Below, piece after piece: positions 52,340 to 64,000 of a stretch of DNA of 64,000 nucleotides. A program made the position numbers and the translations under genes. Positions within the stretch are counted from its first letter, which is position 1, and each line of letters begins with the position of its first letter. The notes below the pieces were generated by a model. It ran no database searches and was not told where the DNA came from. It worked only from the letters and a program-made list of their open reading frames with translations. Source of the stretch: Lama guanicoe (lineage: Eukaryota); contig MU054323.1 in NCBI GenBank assembly GCA_013239625.1, forward strand, positions 1,922,001 to 1,986,000. Reading direction: 5' to 3'.

Positions 52340-53290
52340 GAGAAGGAAACACTTTTAGTACATACACAATGTGCTCCATCTCTTTAATAATTGGGGGAGT
52401 CCAATTAAAATCATGATGAAACACCAACCAGACTGACAAAATTATGAAGTTACACAATTCCAAAGATTACAAAGTTGGTACTATCGACTAAACTAAACGC
52501 GCAGCCTAAAAGTTGAGAGCTATGTTTTATTTGGCGGGACGACTCAAGCCGGGATGACAGCCTCTCAGATGGTTCTGAGGGACTGCGCCGAAGAGGTAGG
52601 GGAGGAGCTAGGATATACAGGAGCTTTACAGCAAAGACCAGGTAGTTGGAACAGTAAAAGATTACTTATTATCTAAAGAAAACCAGGCATCTCAAGTTAA
52701 AGAATTTAGTGCTTTTCTATGTATGGGAGGAAGCAAACATTTGGGCTCACTGAATTCATTCCTTTGACAAGCACCTAGCTATCTAGGGCCAGTATCCTGT
52801 CCTTTCTTATTCTGAGTCCGCTCAGAGTGCACCATTGTGAGTGGCTGCAGAGGCTGGGCTGCAGGCTTGTCTTCCCTGTGGGGGGTGTCAGCAGTGTTGA
52901 TGACTTGATGGCTTCAGTATTCTTTGTTTGCTGATAATGGTTTGCAGTATTTTTCGTTCACAGTAAGAATGCGGAACAATGGGAATACTAGCCCATTGCT
53001 TATTGTAATGCAAATTATGTCCCCCACTTAGGAAAACCAGAATGGCAGTACTTAAAAACTTGCAAATTTGTGTACTCTACAATCCAGCTAGCCTCCTTAG
53101 CTAATTGCCCTAGAGAAACTTTTCCATATGAGTCCAGAAAATACACATATGGATACACATAACACATTGCTTCCAATAGTAAAACACTGGAGACAAACCG
53201 AGTGTGTTGATACAGTGAGATCTATTGAACAAGAGACTATTCCACTGCAATGCAAACAGATTAACTACGGTTACATGCATCAGAATACAA
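52340..53290 (+). mobile_element. Old LINE-1 (L1ME-like) ORF2 3' remnant, host of the MER41-like LTR
   Basis: CAATTAAAATCATGATGAAACACCA...AAAGTTG[LTR]GTAAGAATGCGGAACAATGGGAA...CCACTTAGGAAAAC. Confidence 0.6.
52482..52962 (-). mobile_element. ERV1 solo LTR, MER41-like (laurasiatherian type)
   Basis: AAAGTTGAGAGCTATGTTTTATTTGGCGG...GACAGCCTCTCAGAT...GGGCTCACTGAATTCATTCCTTTGA..AGCACCT.AGCTATCTAGGGCCAG; 4-bp TSD GTAC/GTAA; CpGs retained. Confidence 0.8.
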
Positions 53291-54295
53291 GGGTGCTTTG
53301 ATTCTCTGAACCTTTGCTTCCTCAATGGCAAAATTAGAGTTTGGATGAGATGATCTCAAGGAGCTTTCTAACTTTAATGTTAAAGAGTCTCTCTTTTTTT
53401 TCTTGGAATATTAGAAAGATTTTCATATGCTATTGCTCCTAGACTGTGCTCAATCTCCTTGCTCATATTCTGAGAACATACTTTTCTTTTATGTGATTCA
53501 GTTGCGAGGCTCCTTGCAAAATGGATGTAGACATACTTGATCACCAGTGAGCAATAAGGCAAGATATATGCTTCTAATTTCTCTTCGAAGATTATTACAC
53601 ATTCAGTGGTGCCTAAATTAGTGAACTGTGGACTATGGATATCAACTGTCAATGCAGGGAAACCCTATTATCCTTTCCTTCTTTCTGGAGGTCATTGGGA
53701 GCCATGACTGTGATTGGTCCTATTTGTTTCCTAATGAGCTTTAGCCAATAGGTGGAAGAGAAGCAAAGGTGAACTGAATGGAAGGGTGACTGGAGGAGCT
53801 CTTTGAGGCCCCAGTCTCACATCAAGAGCCAGTATTTAACTCATCGGCTTAGTAATTTCAGAAAATGAGGCACTGAAGTGAAAGCTAAAATTCATCTTGT
53901 GTTTAACCTTCCCTTATGTTTTGGGTTTATTCCAGGAGTCTGTTTTCTCAATATTTGTGAGTTTTGCTTTTGAAAATTATTTCTAACCTTCACTTCAGAC
54001 TGATAGTTGAACTGCTTTTCGTCTTCAGCAACAAAGTTCTCTGAAATTAAGTGCCTTGAGACTATGGGAAATCGCTGCGTCTCTGAGATCAGAATGTGGG
54101 CTTTGCTGCCCTCTGCTGTTGGATAGAGGCAACGCTTTACCCAGGACGATGGCAAAGAGCTGCCAGGCCCTCCAAGAGCGCCAGGCGAATGGCCTGGAAG
54201 GAAGAGTCAGGAGGAGGAGAGTGGCTCTTGATCCGGACACTGGAGTAAGTGATGGAGTCTTGAATATTCCCATTACGGCGTGAGGAGTCATTTAT

Positions 54296-54318
54296 ACACA
54301 CACACACACACACACACA
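54296..54318. repeat. (CA)n microsatellite
   Basis: Direct reading. Confidence 0.9.
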
Positions 54319-54635
54319 ATTAGCTTTAGAGATTGTTCATGTCTGGGTTCTGTGGCTGAGTAGCTGTGTAGCATTAAGTGTGTTACTTAATCTCTGAGAG
54401 CAGAGTTTCAGCTTATTTATCTAGGAAAATGGAGAAGAATAATAGTCTCTTCCTCATATAGTTTTAATGAAAATTAAACCGGAGACCCACATAAAGCTGG
54501 AGCCCCAAAGGTGATAACCTCAGTGTCAGGGATGAGCAGATGCACACACAGACATCTGTGCAGGTGCACATATATGTGTATTTGTGTATGCACATCCATG
54601 TCTCTATCCTTCTACATCTGTGTCGACATCTGTAT

Positions 54636-54879
54636 CAGTGGTTCTCAACTAGAGGTGATTCCCACCCTGCACCAAGGAGCTATTTGGCAATGTCTGCAGG
54701 CACATTTGGTTGCCATAGCCCCTGGGAGAGGACAGCAGCTGGTATCTGGTGGGACCTAGCGGATCGAGAGACCAGTAATGCTGTTCAGCAACATACAATG
54801 CACAGGACTGCCCCTCCCAATGAGGAAAAAAAAATTATCTGACCCAAAATGTCAGTATTGCTAAGGTTGTGAAACTCTG
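54636..54879 (+). mobile_element. MER20 (hAT-Charlie) DNA transposon fossil
   Basis: CAGTGGTTCTCAAC...ATTTGGCAATGTCTG...TACAATGCACAGGAC.GCCCC...AATTATCTGACCCAAAATGTCA.TA.TGCTAAGGTTG.GAAACTCTG. Confidence 0.9.
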
Positions 54880-54984
54880 ATTTACCCATATTTATATATC
54901 CTACTTAGTTTGTCACTGCGTATGGCCCAGAGATAAGAAAAAAATCTGTATCTATGGTCAATAATATTATTCTGATGATTCCAG

Positions 54985-55340
54985 GGTGTGGAAGAGACAT
55001 CTAGGCTCCTAGCACATGTCCATTCTCCCATTCTTCTTAGCACCGGAGTCCAAACTATTCATAATGCAACATGTCCAGCTCATTTCTCAGTTTTCTTGCA
55101 ACCAGGTGGTCATGTTGCACAATTCTGGGCAACCAACTGCCAGTAGACATCTTCCACTAAAGCTGCTATTTTCCTGTTAAAAAGGAAGAGACTAAAATAA
55201 TACTAGTTTTTCTCCCCAGGGTCATTTCCATGGCTCCCAGTCTGCAGTGCTGGTATGATTCTTAGGGTATAGCAGCTGATCTATGACCCTGTGAGCGAAA
55301 GCCATATGATGGCTGGTGGAGCAGATGGAGAAAAAGGACC
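54985..55340 (+). mobile_element. MaLR MLT1-family LTR remnant
   Basis: TCCATTCTCCC.TTCTTC.TTAG...CATTTCTCAG...TCTTGCA.C.AGGTGGTCATGT...CAATTCTGG. Confidence 0.55.
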
Positions 55341-56024
55341 CCTGGGGGAGAAAGAGAGGCTCTTTTTCCTGCAGTTTTATGTACTAGAGACCAAAAAGGG
55401 CCTCTCGGGAAAAATAACTTTAAACTCCATTAAATGTGTTAAAAATAATCCCATTGTTGAATTTGCAAGAAAGTAAGGACTCCTTACAAACCCAAAATAA
55501 AATGAGATGGATGAATGCTGACCTCGGGTTTCATTTCAGGGGAATCTGCCAGATCCTTGTGGCCATGAACTTCCATTTTGATGGCCTCACATACCTCTGA
55601 GGATTTGAAATAAATTCAGCATTAATTCAAAGTGGTGAGTCAATTAGGAATCACACAAATCCGAGATCTCAACGAAACACAATTCTGCGTTAGGGCGAAC
55701 AAAAGCAAATCTGCAGCACAGGAGACAGTAAGAAAACATACCTGTTTCAGCGTTAGAGCTGAGGAAAAATTGCTTAAACTTGTGACTTTGTAGACAAGCT
55801 CTCACAAGCAGAGAATTTAATTAAAGTGATCGTTCACTGATGGTGCTCCCAGGAAACAGAAAGAAACAAACAAATTCACTCCAGAGGAACATGACTTCAA
55901 CACAAGCCTTGAAGAATTCCCAAAGTTGAAGTTGCGAAGACCTGAACTCACCTGCAAAAGGTAGAAGAACGCAGCATGACTAAGGACCAACAGAGAGTAG
56001 AACTGGATCCACAAAAATCCAATC

Positions 56025-56358
56025 AGTCTACACTTGTTTATTGAAAACCTTTGGAACTAGATATGGTTCTGAATTCAAGTTTTTAAAAAATATTTAGAAA
56101 TATAATAGAATTCATTTATGAAAGATTCCATCACAGCCTGAATGACGTCTGTAGGAACCGACCATAAACCTTTCTACATAAACAATGGTTTCAGATAAAA
56201 ATACATAAAGTGGTAAAAACAGAACTCTAATTAGTCTCATAGCAATGCAGTATGGATTTTGCCTCTGAATGAGAGTTGCCCACTTATGTTAAAAAGAAAA
56301 TTATATTTTCAGAGTTTTTTGATGTCCAAATTTCAGAGAGGTGATTTTGAAACTGTAT
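56025..56358. mobile_element. TcMar-Tigger-like DNA transposon fossil
   Basis: Ends TTTTCAGAG.TTTTTG...AATTTCAGA.A.G.GATT.TG.A.CTG followed by TA; 5' part AAAACCTTTGGAACTAGATATG.TTCTGAATTCA. Confidence 0.45.
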
Positions 56359-56399
56359 AGAGATATCAAATATACCGTGTAAAGTGAGTATATTTAGTA

Positions 56400-57840
56400 T
56401 ATTCTAGGAAATAAAAAGTAAAGGTTGAAAATATGCTCATGAAATGAGAGTTTCAAGCAAGAGAGTTTCAAGCAAGTTAAAAAAAACAATCAAATAAAAC
56501 TTCTAGAAATAAAAAATAAATAATTGAAATTTAAAGTGCAATGGATAAAGTAAAAAAATAAAATATTCTAATATCTTATATTTAAAGATGGAAAAGTAGT
56601 CGGTGGAATCAACTTTAATAATAAACTTTATTTAACCTGAAAAAATAGATATACTTTCATGAAAGAAAAAAAAATACAATGGGTGCATTACGCCAGAGTA
56701 TTAGACCCACTTAGAGAAAGAATGATTTTTCTCAGGAGGTGGATAAGTCAGTTAATTAACTTAGAGACTCTGTTAAGTACTCATCTTAAATGATCTAAAA
56801 GTAGCTACAAAACATAACTGCCAAATTAGCGGTGAAGGGGAGCGGGAGAGGGAAAATGTGATGAGGAAGGGGCAATTCAGTCAATCCAAAAGAAGGCCAA
56901 AGCAGGAATGGGAAAATCTTCTTCCAAACAAAACTGAAAAAAACTCAAACAGCACAAAGCAAAATGTTAGGTAAATCCAATTACTATATTAATCACCACA
57001 ACTGTAATAGACCTTACTCGCTTTAGTTAAAAGAAAATGACTTTCAGCCTACATTTTTAAAATGTCATATGTGTTGTGTAAAAAACGTCAAATTTAAATT
57101 AAAAAGTTAGCAAATGATATTGCACATACTTAACCGTCTAAGTGAAGCTAGTACGGCAACTGGGGACTTCAATTTTGGGCTATGATGGTGTGAAGGATTC
57201 CAGACTTGCAATCAGACAACTGGGCTAAATGTATAAAACAACTATTTTCACTGAGCAGGCAGCTGGCAGTGCTGTCTGCTGGTCCTGCTGTCCTGGATCA
57301 CTGAGAGGAGGGAAAGAAGCAAAGTCAGCCTACTGGACGCTGCCTTTCTGGCTGGAGGCACTTCCCTGGCAGCTGCACAAGGAGTCGCAGCCCAAGCAAA
57401 GCACAGCAAGTGTCACTGAGATGAAAGACAGATGTTTGAGGTCCAGGAGGCTGAGCTGGTGGGAGCGTGCACGGCAGAGCACAGGAAGGGAGGAAGCAGA
57501 AGAAAGTATCCACAGATCTGCATAAGGTTTCCCTTGGGTCTTTTGCTAAATACCAAGCTGTGAACGCACAAGGTGATGTTCCGCGGAGCTGGGCAGAGGG
57601 ACACCAGGTTGCTGTAAGCTGAACAAATGACCTCACATGGCCGGAAGATGCTTGAGTAGACAGAAAACCAGTAAGGCTCTAGGCAACCTGAAGAACACTA
57701 TGATAACATCTTGTCTTTAGTGATAGTCACAGGACAGTACACCAACAATAGTGAAATGTGCATTCTTTTTAAGTGCATATGAAACATTAACCAAGAAACA
57801 TATGCAAGCATCAATAAATTTTAAAGGATTCAAGTCGTAG
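56400..57840 (+). mobile_element. Mosaic of old LINE-1 fragments (ORF1-like, 5' region and endonuclease-like)
   Basis: AATCAAATAAAACTTCTAGAAATAAAAAATA..ATAATTGAAAT.TAAA and CACCAACAATAG.GAAAT..GCATTCTTTT.AAGTGCA.ATGAAACATT.ACCAAGA. Confidence 0.6.
56446..56475. repeat. 15-bp perfect tandem duplication
   Basis: GAGAGTTTCAAGCAA x2. Confidence 0.9.
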
Positions 57841-59213
57841 TAAGTATTTCTCTGTCTACAATGGCTGGGTGGACAGTTACTGGGGGTGAAAGGATGAGGA
57901 AGAATCGTTTGTGTCCCAAAACGCAGGTTCGGAGTTTTCCATTTTTGGGTCCTGAGAGGCGGTACATGCAATGACTAACAAACACCACCAGGGGGAAGTG
58001 TTTGCTCATGAAATCAGTACGTGACCAATCAGGAAAAGACTTGGATGGCAGATCAAACTCTGGATTATCCCGAGAAATGAAAATTGAAATATTCCAATGA
58101 AATACAAAGGGGAAGACACTGTTGCTGAATCTCTCCATGCCAGGGTTCCAGCTTAGCTGAGGCAGGGCCGTAATAGTCCACCCTCACCTGCTATTTACCC
58201 ATGAGCTGTGACATTTCCTGGTGGCTTGATCGTGGATCTCTGGCGTGGGCTCAATGATCTAAGTCATCTCCATCGTTAACATCCTTAAGCTCCCATCTTT
58301 TGGGCAGCACCCTTCAGTTGCTGCTTAAGAAATCTCAAAGGAGACAGACATAGGGCTCGACTGCTTCTTTCTGGACAGTTTTAAAAACGAATCTCCATGT
58401 AGTCCTATCTCAGCTCTTGGAAAGTAGGGCAGACTGCAGTTCAAGTTTCAGCTCTTCGATTTACTAGCTGCATGAACTTGGGTAAATTTCTTAACTCTTA
58501 ACCTTTTTGTTTACTCATTTAAAACATGGAGCTTCTGTGAAGATTAAATCAGAATATACATGGAAAGCACCCAGCACATAATAAGGACACAGCAAGTGAG
58601 TTCCCTTCATTCTTTTAGCTGTTTTCTTAACCAACCAGCCTTCTTTTATTGTGCCCAGGCTAGGACTGACACGTCTGATGATAAGAAAGGATTATAAGAT
58701 GTTTGTTCATTCCTCACGTGGTGAAGGACCCTGTCATTTGCATTCTCATATTTGCTTCTTAAACTGCAGACATTCTGATACCAACTCCATAATTGCTGCC
58801 TTGTTTGCTATTTTCCGGCACCAATATTTAAAAATCAGCTCATTAAAAAAACACACAGACAAATTTATTTTAAAGGAAATTGTATCTCTTCTATAAATGG
58901 AAAACTAGGATTACTTGCAGTAAATATAAGATCATGTGAAAATAAACATTAAAATGAATCAAGTCATTAACATTTTAATAATAAATAATGTCTAGACGAC
59001 TACGTCAAAGTACTCCTGAGAGTCTGCACTAAGCCTTACGAGTCCTAGGTAACTGACAAGTGCTTCTAATACATATGTACAAGGACATTAGTGACTTCAA
59101 TAATCAAAACAAGCATAATATATTAAATTATGGTAACTGAATATGCAAAGAACATATATCTTCATTATTTCATTATTTCTCGATAACCAATTTGACCTGG
59201 TGATGTTCTGGTT

Positions 59214-60124
59214 CTTTTTTTTTTTTCTTTTTGGTTTTTAAGTTTTTTTAATTGAAATATAGTCCATTTACCATGCTGTGCCAATTTCTAGTGTTCTGCA
59301 TTATGTTTCAGTCATACATATACATACATATGTTCGTTTTCATATTCTTTTTCATTATAGGTTACGATGAGATATTGAATATAATATAGTTCTCTGTCCT
59401 GTACAGTAGGACCTTGTTGTTTATCTAATTAATATATAATAATTAGTATCTGCAAATCTTGAACTCCTAATTTCTCCCTTCCCACTTCCTTTCCCCTCTG
59501 GTAGCCGTAAGTTTGTTTTCTACGTCTGTGAGTCTATTTCTGTTTTGTAAATAAGTTCGTTTGTGTGTTTTTTTTTTTTAAGATTCCACATATAAGTGAT
59601 ATCACATGGTATTTTTCTTTCTCTTTCTGGCTTACTTCAGTTGGAAGGATGATCTCCAGCTTGATCCATTAATTTATCCTTTTTATGGCTGAGTAGTATT
59701 CCATTGTGTGTATATATACCACAACTTCTTTATCCAGTCATCTGTCAATGGACAGTTAGGTTGCTTCCATGACATGGCTAAGGTAAATAGTGCTGCTATG
59801 AACATTGGGGTGCATGTATCTTTTCAAATTAGAGTTCCCTCCAGATATATGCGCAGGAGCGGGGTTGCTGGATCATAGGGTAAGTGTATTTTTATTTTTT
59901 AGAGGAATCTCCATACTGTTTTCCATAACGGCTGTACCAAAATACATTCCCACCAACAGTATAAGATGGTTCCCTTTTCTCCACACCCTCTCCAGCATTT
60001 GTCATTTGAGGACTTTTTAACAATGGCTATTCTGACTAGTATGAGGTGGTACCTCATTATAGTTTTGATTTGCATTTATCTGGTCATTAGCGGCACTGAG
60101 CATTTTTTCATGTACCTATTGCCA
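59214..60124 (-). mobile_element. 5'-truncated young LINE-1 (artiodactyl/camelid-type)
   Basis: Poly(T) tail, TTAATTGAAATATAGTC.ATTTAC, TAGATTCCACATATAAGTGATATCA, ACATTCCCACCAACAGT and TGAGGTGGTACCTCATT. Confidence 0.93.
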
Positions 60125-60439
60125 CTATTAATTCATTAGGATTTTTACTGTCTCATAGCTTTTATGAAGATGAGATAGGTTTTGTAAAACGCCTTCCATG
60201 TTTTTCCAAACCTCATACTTTCACAAATTTTCTAGTCAACCTACAGAATATTCAAAGTGAATGAAGTCATTCTGGTTTTAGATCGTTGCATTTTTTCTAA
60301 GGGTGAAGTGTTGGAGGCCCATATTCGTCTGATTTATCCCATAACTGAAATCTAGTCAGCCACGTTCCATCAGGACACTAGTTTGGCTCTATGTCCATTT
60401 TTACTCAATAGAGTGTTGAGTTGGAAGAAATGAAAAATT

Positions 60440-60535
60440 TTTTTTAATTTAAAATTATATTTTGAAATCATTGTAGGGTCACTTGTATTTGCAAGAGGCA
60501 GTACAGAGAAGTCCTGCGTACTTTACACCCAGCTG
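60440..60535 (-). mobile_element. Old LINE-1 extreme 3' end
   Basis: TATTTTGAAATCATTGTAG..TCAC....ATTTGCAAGA...AGTACAGAGAAGTCC..CGTAC.TT.CACCCAG. Confidence 0.7.
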
Positions 60536-61939
60536 GTTGCATTTATTTTAACATTTTGAAGACTATTGTCTGTCACCCCAGGGTGATTGGAGAACAGACC
60601 ACTTTCATCAATTGGTTATTGAGAGTGGCTCTGCTTTTAGAATGTAGATCCCAAAGCCCCAAATAGAAAAATACACTAAATTGTATATATACTGAGACTA
60701 GAATGTGCATATCTTTTTTTTTTAAGTTGTTTGTTTTGGATTCAGAACTTTGAGTGGTCCTCAAGGCACCGAAAAGCGTAGAACCTTAAGATAAGAGCAT
60801 ACTTACCCTGTGATGTGGCAGGTTGTGAAACATCTTTGGAAATATTCTTGAAAATGAATGAATGAGGAGACAAATCTATGATCACGAGGGAAGGACCAGA
60901 GGATTTCAATATTTAACCACCGATAAGCTGAACGGGGGAGCAGCCTTGGGTGCTCTTTTTTGGAGAAGCCAGCTCATGCCAGTCAGACTCTTAGAGAGGA
61001 AACTTTATTTCATGTAGTTATATGGGAAATATTTGGTTTTCAATCTATCTTAATTTCATCAAAAAGAGCCTTCTAGGAAGAGCCCATAATTCAATCGTGC
61101 TAAAACCAACTAATAGTTGACTCTGAGTGGAAAATATAAGCCATATTGAATGTGTTACCCTAAATCAAAATTCATTCTTTGTCTGAAACCTACAGATTAT
61201 AAATCAAGAATTAAACCGAGGTCAGTAAATCTAAGCAAATGCCCACAAACCTGCGAGTTAGCACAACTGAAACAGAAGCTTGAAAGGTAAACCTGCGTAA
61301 ATCAAATCTCTAAATCAAAGAGGGGAACAATGATTTTTCTTGTCCTACGGAGCAAGAGAAATGAACTCTCTAAACCCCTCTATGCAGATAAAAGTTCTGG
61401 TTTTTACGTAGCTTGATATATTTATGTCTGGAGGAAGCACCGCCTGAAATTAAGTAGGAAGAATGAAATATTGTGATGACTGTGCCAGAGAAGCAGCCCC
61501 GCCCGTGGTGGTGGTTCCACAGCTGGGTCATTAGCAAGCATGTTTGAGAAAAAAAAAACCCTTTCAAAAGCTGCTCTTTGCCAAGGGATGGCGGGGGGTG
61601 AAAGGCTTTCAGAATCTGTCAAAGGTGTTAGTCAAAGCAGCTGCCCAGTGATGGAGAAAAGTGTCCTGCAGCTCCAGATGAAGCTACTCTTCCTGACAGA
61701 TCTTACCTTCCACACCCCCAGAACGATCTGAGTACTTGTCAGGCTCCGCAGAGATGGAATCCCCCGTGGCTCAGGGCAGCCCCGGGGGTTTTAGTCCTCT
61801 GGAATGTTAATGTCGCCTTTATAATGTAATTTTTCCTCATTTTAGAAAACTTCTCAAATCTAATTTACAGCCTCACATTTTCACAATTGCCTTATTAAGA
61901 TAGTCAGACCCTCAAATCATTTCAGTTTATTGATTAAAT

Positions 61940-62058
61940 ATTAAAACCCACGTGCCTAGAGAACTCGATTTTGTTTGGTAAAAGGGCACTGGTGAAATTC
62001 CGTGCTTTAACAAGCCATCCAAGTGATCCTGATTCACCTTAGAGTTTGAGAACCACTA
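61940..62058. mobile_element. MER5-like hAT-Charlie fragment
   Basis: TTTAACAAGC..TCCAAGTGATCCTGAT.CAC...AGTTTGAGAACCACT. Confidence 0.65.
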
Positions 62059-62925
62059 GGGTAGAGACACATTCAAGGTTCTTGTCCTTACAAACCTTCT
62101 AATGATACAGTTAAAAGCAATAATTTTACAAAGCTTGCAGGCTTCCAGAGATGAGACAGACCCATCTATTATTTAGAACAGATCTACCTACGCAAAACTA
62201 AATTGGTGACTAAGCCAGTCACTTGAATGTTTTTGGTTCAGAAATGTGTTCTCTCTGAATCAGAAATGCTTGATTCATGGAGTCACTGGTCAACACTGGC
62301 TTAGGAGTCCAGACACAGCTGTTCATGTGTCTCTTCTTGTGCTAATAAAACCTATCATCTTAGGCTGATCAAGGTGTAAGCTATGACATACCCGGTCCCC
62401 CACTCACTTGCTGATGGAATTAGTGCACATTAGAGAGGGCTACTGAAGGAATCCATCAGCTAACTAGATTTTGTACAGAAACTTCCATATCCTGGGCATT
62501 CAGCCTGGTGCTATTGGAGGGGAGAGGGTGGCGAGGACAGGTTACTCTGACCCGGAAATCACAAGGAATTTCAGACTTTCATGTCTGAACCGAAGCACTC
62601 ACTTCCTTGGCCTTGTGCTGAATGACCATTCAAAGGATAAGAGATTGCAGTGGCCTAGGGCCGTCGGGGACTGCTTCATAGACAGTTGGGCGAGGGGTTG
62701 GTAGGCATAAATCATGTGAATGTGGTGTGGATGTAGGAAAATCCATGGTATGTCTGAGTGAGCATTCTGCCTGCATAGTTTAGTAGTGGGAGAGAAGTTT
62801 GAGATCGTTGTCTGAGCCAGTTGGAAAAGGATTTTGGATTATATCCCAAGGACAAGAGAAAATCATCATAGGTCTTTCAGCAGGGGCATGCTAAGATGGA
62901 GAAGAAGGTTTAAGATGTTAAGAAT

Positions 62926-63070
62926 ATGAAAACTAATATGTGTATGTTCCTGTATGATTAAAGCACAATGCTGTACATAGAAACTGACACAACATTGTAA
63001 ACTGACTATACTTCAATAAATAAATACATACATACATACATACATACATACACATATATATACAAAAAAA
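62926..63070 (+). mobile_element. Very short young LINE-1 3' end with (TACA)n tail
   Basis: GAAACTGACACAACATTGTAAACTGACTATACTTCAATAAA; AAGAATA flanks both sides (possible TSD). Confidence 0.8.
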
Positions 63071-64000
63071 AGAATAATTATCTTTATTTTCCTCCCATGC
63101 CACACTGAGTTAATTTAGGCTTCATAAAAGGGCCATCAGTCACTCAGGCTGCAAAATGGGTCCATTTGTCAGTAAAGGGGAAAAGGTGACAACAGCTCAG
63201 AAAACGGAGAGCAGCAGGCATCCCAGCCAGAACCTGGCCCCAGAGCGAAAATGCACATGTGTATCACTTGGAGATGAAAAATGCTTTCCATGGGCCGTCC
63301 GTCATCATCGCTGTCCACAGAGACAGCTCCCCCATCTAGGGCGCATTTCTACTGAAGAGAGAGGCTGGGCCCTGGGGATGCGGTGACGCCCAGCCTTGTT
63401 TGGACAGCCTCTCCTGACTGATGGCCTCGGGCTCTGGGTCTCTCCAGGATGGCTGCATAGTATGGCTGGGAGGCGTGAAGGGCAGGGAGCCTTTACTTTT
63501 CAGCCAGAAGCAGGGAAGTATTTGCAAAGACTCTTGGTCACGATGAAAATGCTTGCCTATCCCCCTCATTTCACCGTGAGCTCCTTGAAGGGAGAATCAG
63601 CTTCTTAATCTTGTTATTTTTAGTGTCAACCACAAGCCCACCACACATTGGCCCTCAGTTCATGTTTGTTGAACAAATATGTAAGTCTAACAGTTGGCAC
63701 AGATCATGATTCCCCCTTTCCTCTGTGCCTTTTAATCAGCAACTTTAAGAACCAGAATGTTCTCAGACACCATCCAGAAGAAAGAATGGTTTCACTAAAT
63801 AAGAGAGAAAAGTGTTTCAGAAATGAGTTCATACATTCAGAATGCTTCTGAGAGATCAAGTGAGACAAAAACTAAAGAAACGACTGGATTTGACAACAGA
63901 CAGGTCATTGGTAACTTTGTCAAAAGCGACCTCAGTGGTGGGGTGGGGCAGATCCCAATCAGAGAAGGCTAAGGATGAGGGGAAGGAGAAAGTGGAGGAA

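Noticed and set aside
1..64000. Prokaryotic or viral systems (CRISPR arrays, operons, retrons, long viral ORFs)
   Set aside because: No regularly spaced repeat-spacer array, no long ORFs, and the sequence is dominated by mammalian interspersed repeats.
1..64000. Inferring host-gene strand from repeat orientation
   Set aside because: L1s are mostly on the plus strand while most LTRs are on the minus strand, so the signals conflict.

Overview
Mammalian, repeat-rich, apparently non-coding genomic DNA (a large intron or intergenic interval). Three copies of a tRNA-derived SINE resembling the camelid Vic-1 family, young artiodactyl-type L1 3' ends and a MER41-like solo LTR point to a camelid (camel/alpaca/llama) genome. 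Much of the window is LINE-1, LINE-2, MIR, MaLR/ERVL/ERV1 LTRs, hAT/Tigger DNA transposon fossils and microsatellites. I cannot recognise any protein-coding gene: the ORFs with recognisable content are LINE-1 ORF2 remnants, and the rest look like chance ORFs. I found no convincing novel biological system. The best leads are: (1) a compositionally odd, splice-signal-dense block at about 2.8-4.05 kb containing a recursive-splice-site-like motif; (2) a near-perfect 177-bp tandem duplication; (3) a perfect DR3 nuclear-receptor element next to a palindromic double-ETS site and an AP-1 site; (4) several orphan exon-like units; (5) nested transposon insertions with target-site duplications (TSDs). 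Repeat subfamily names come from my recall of consensus sequences, not from a search, and boundaries of old repeats are approximate.
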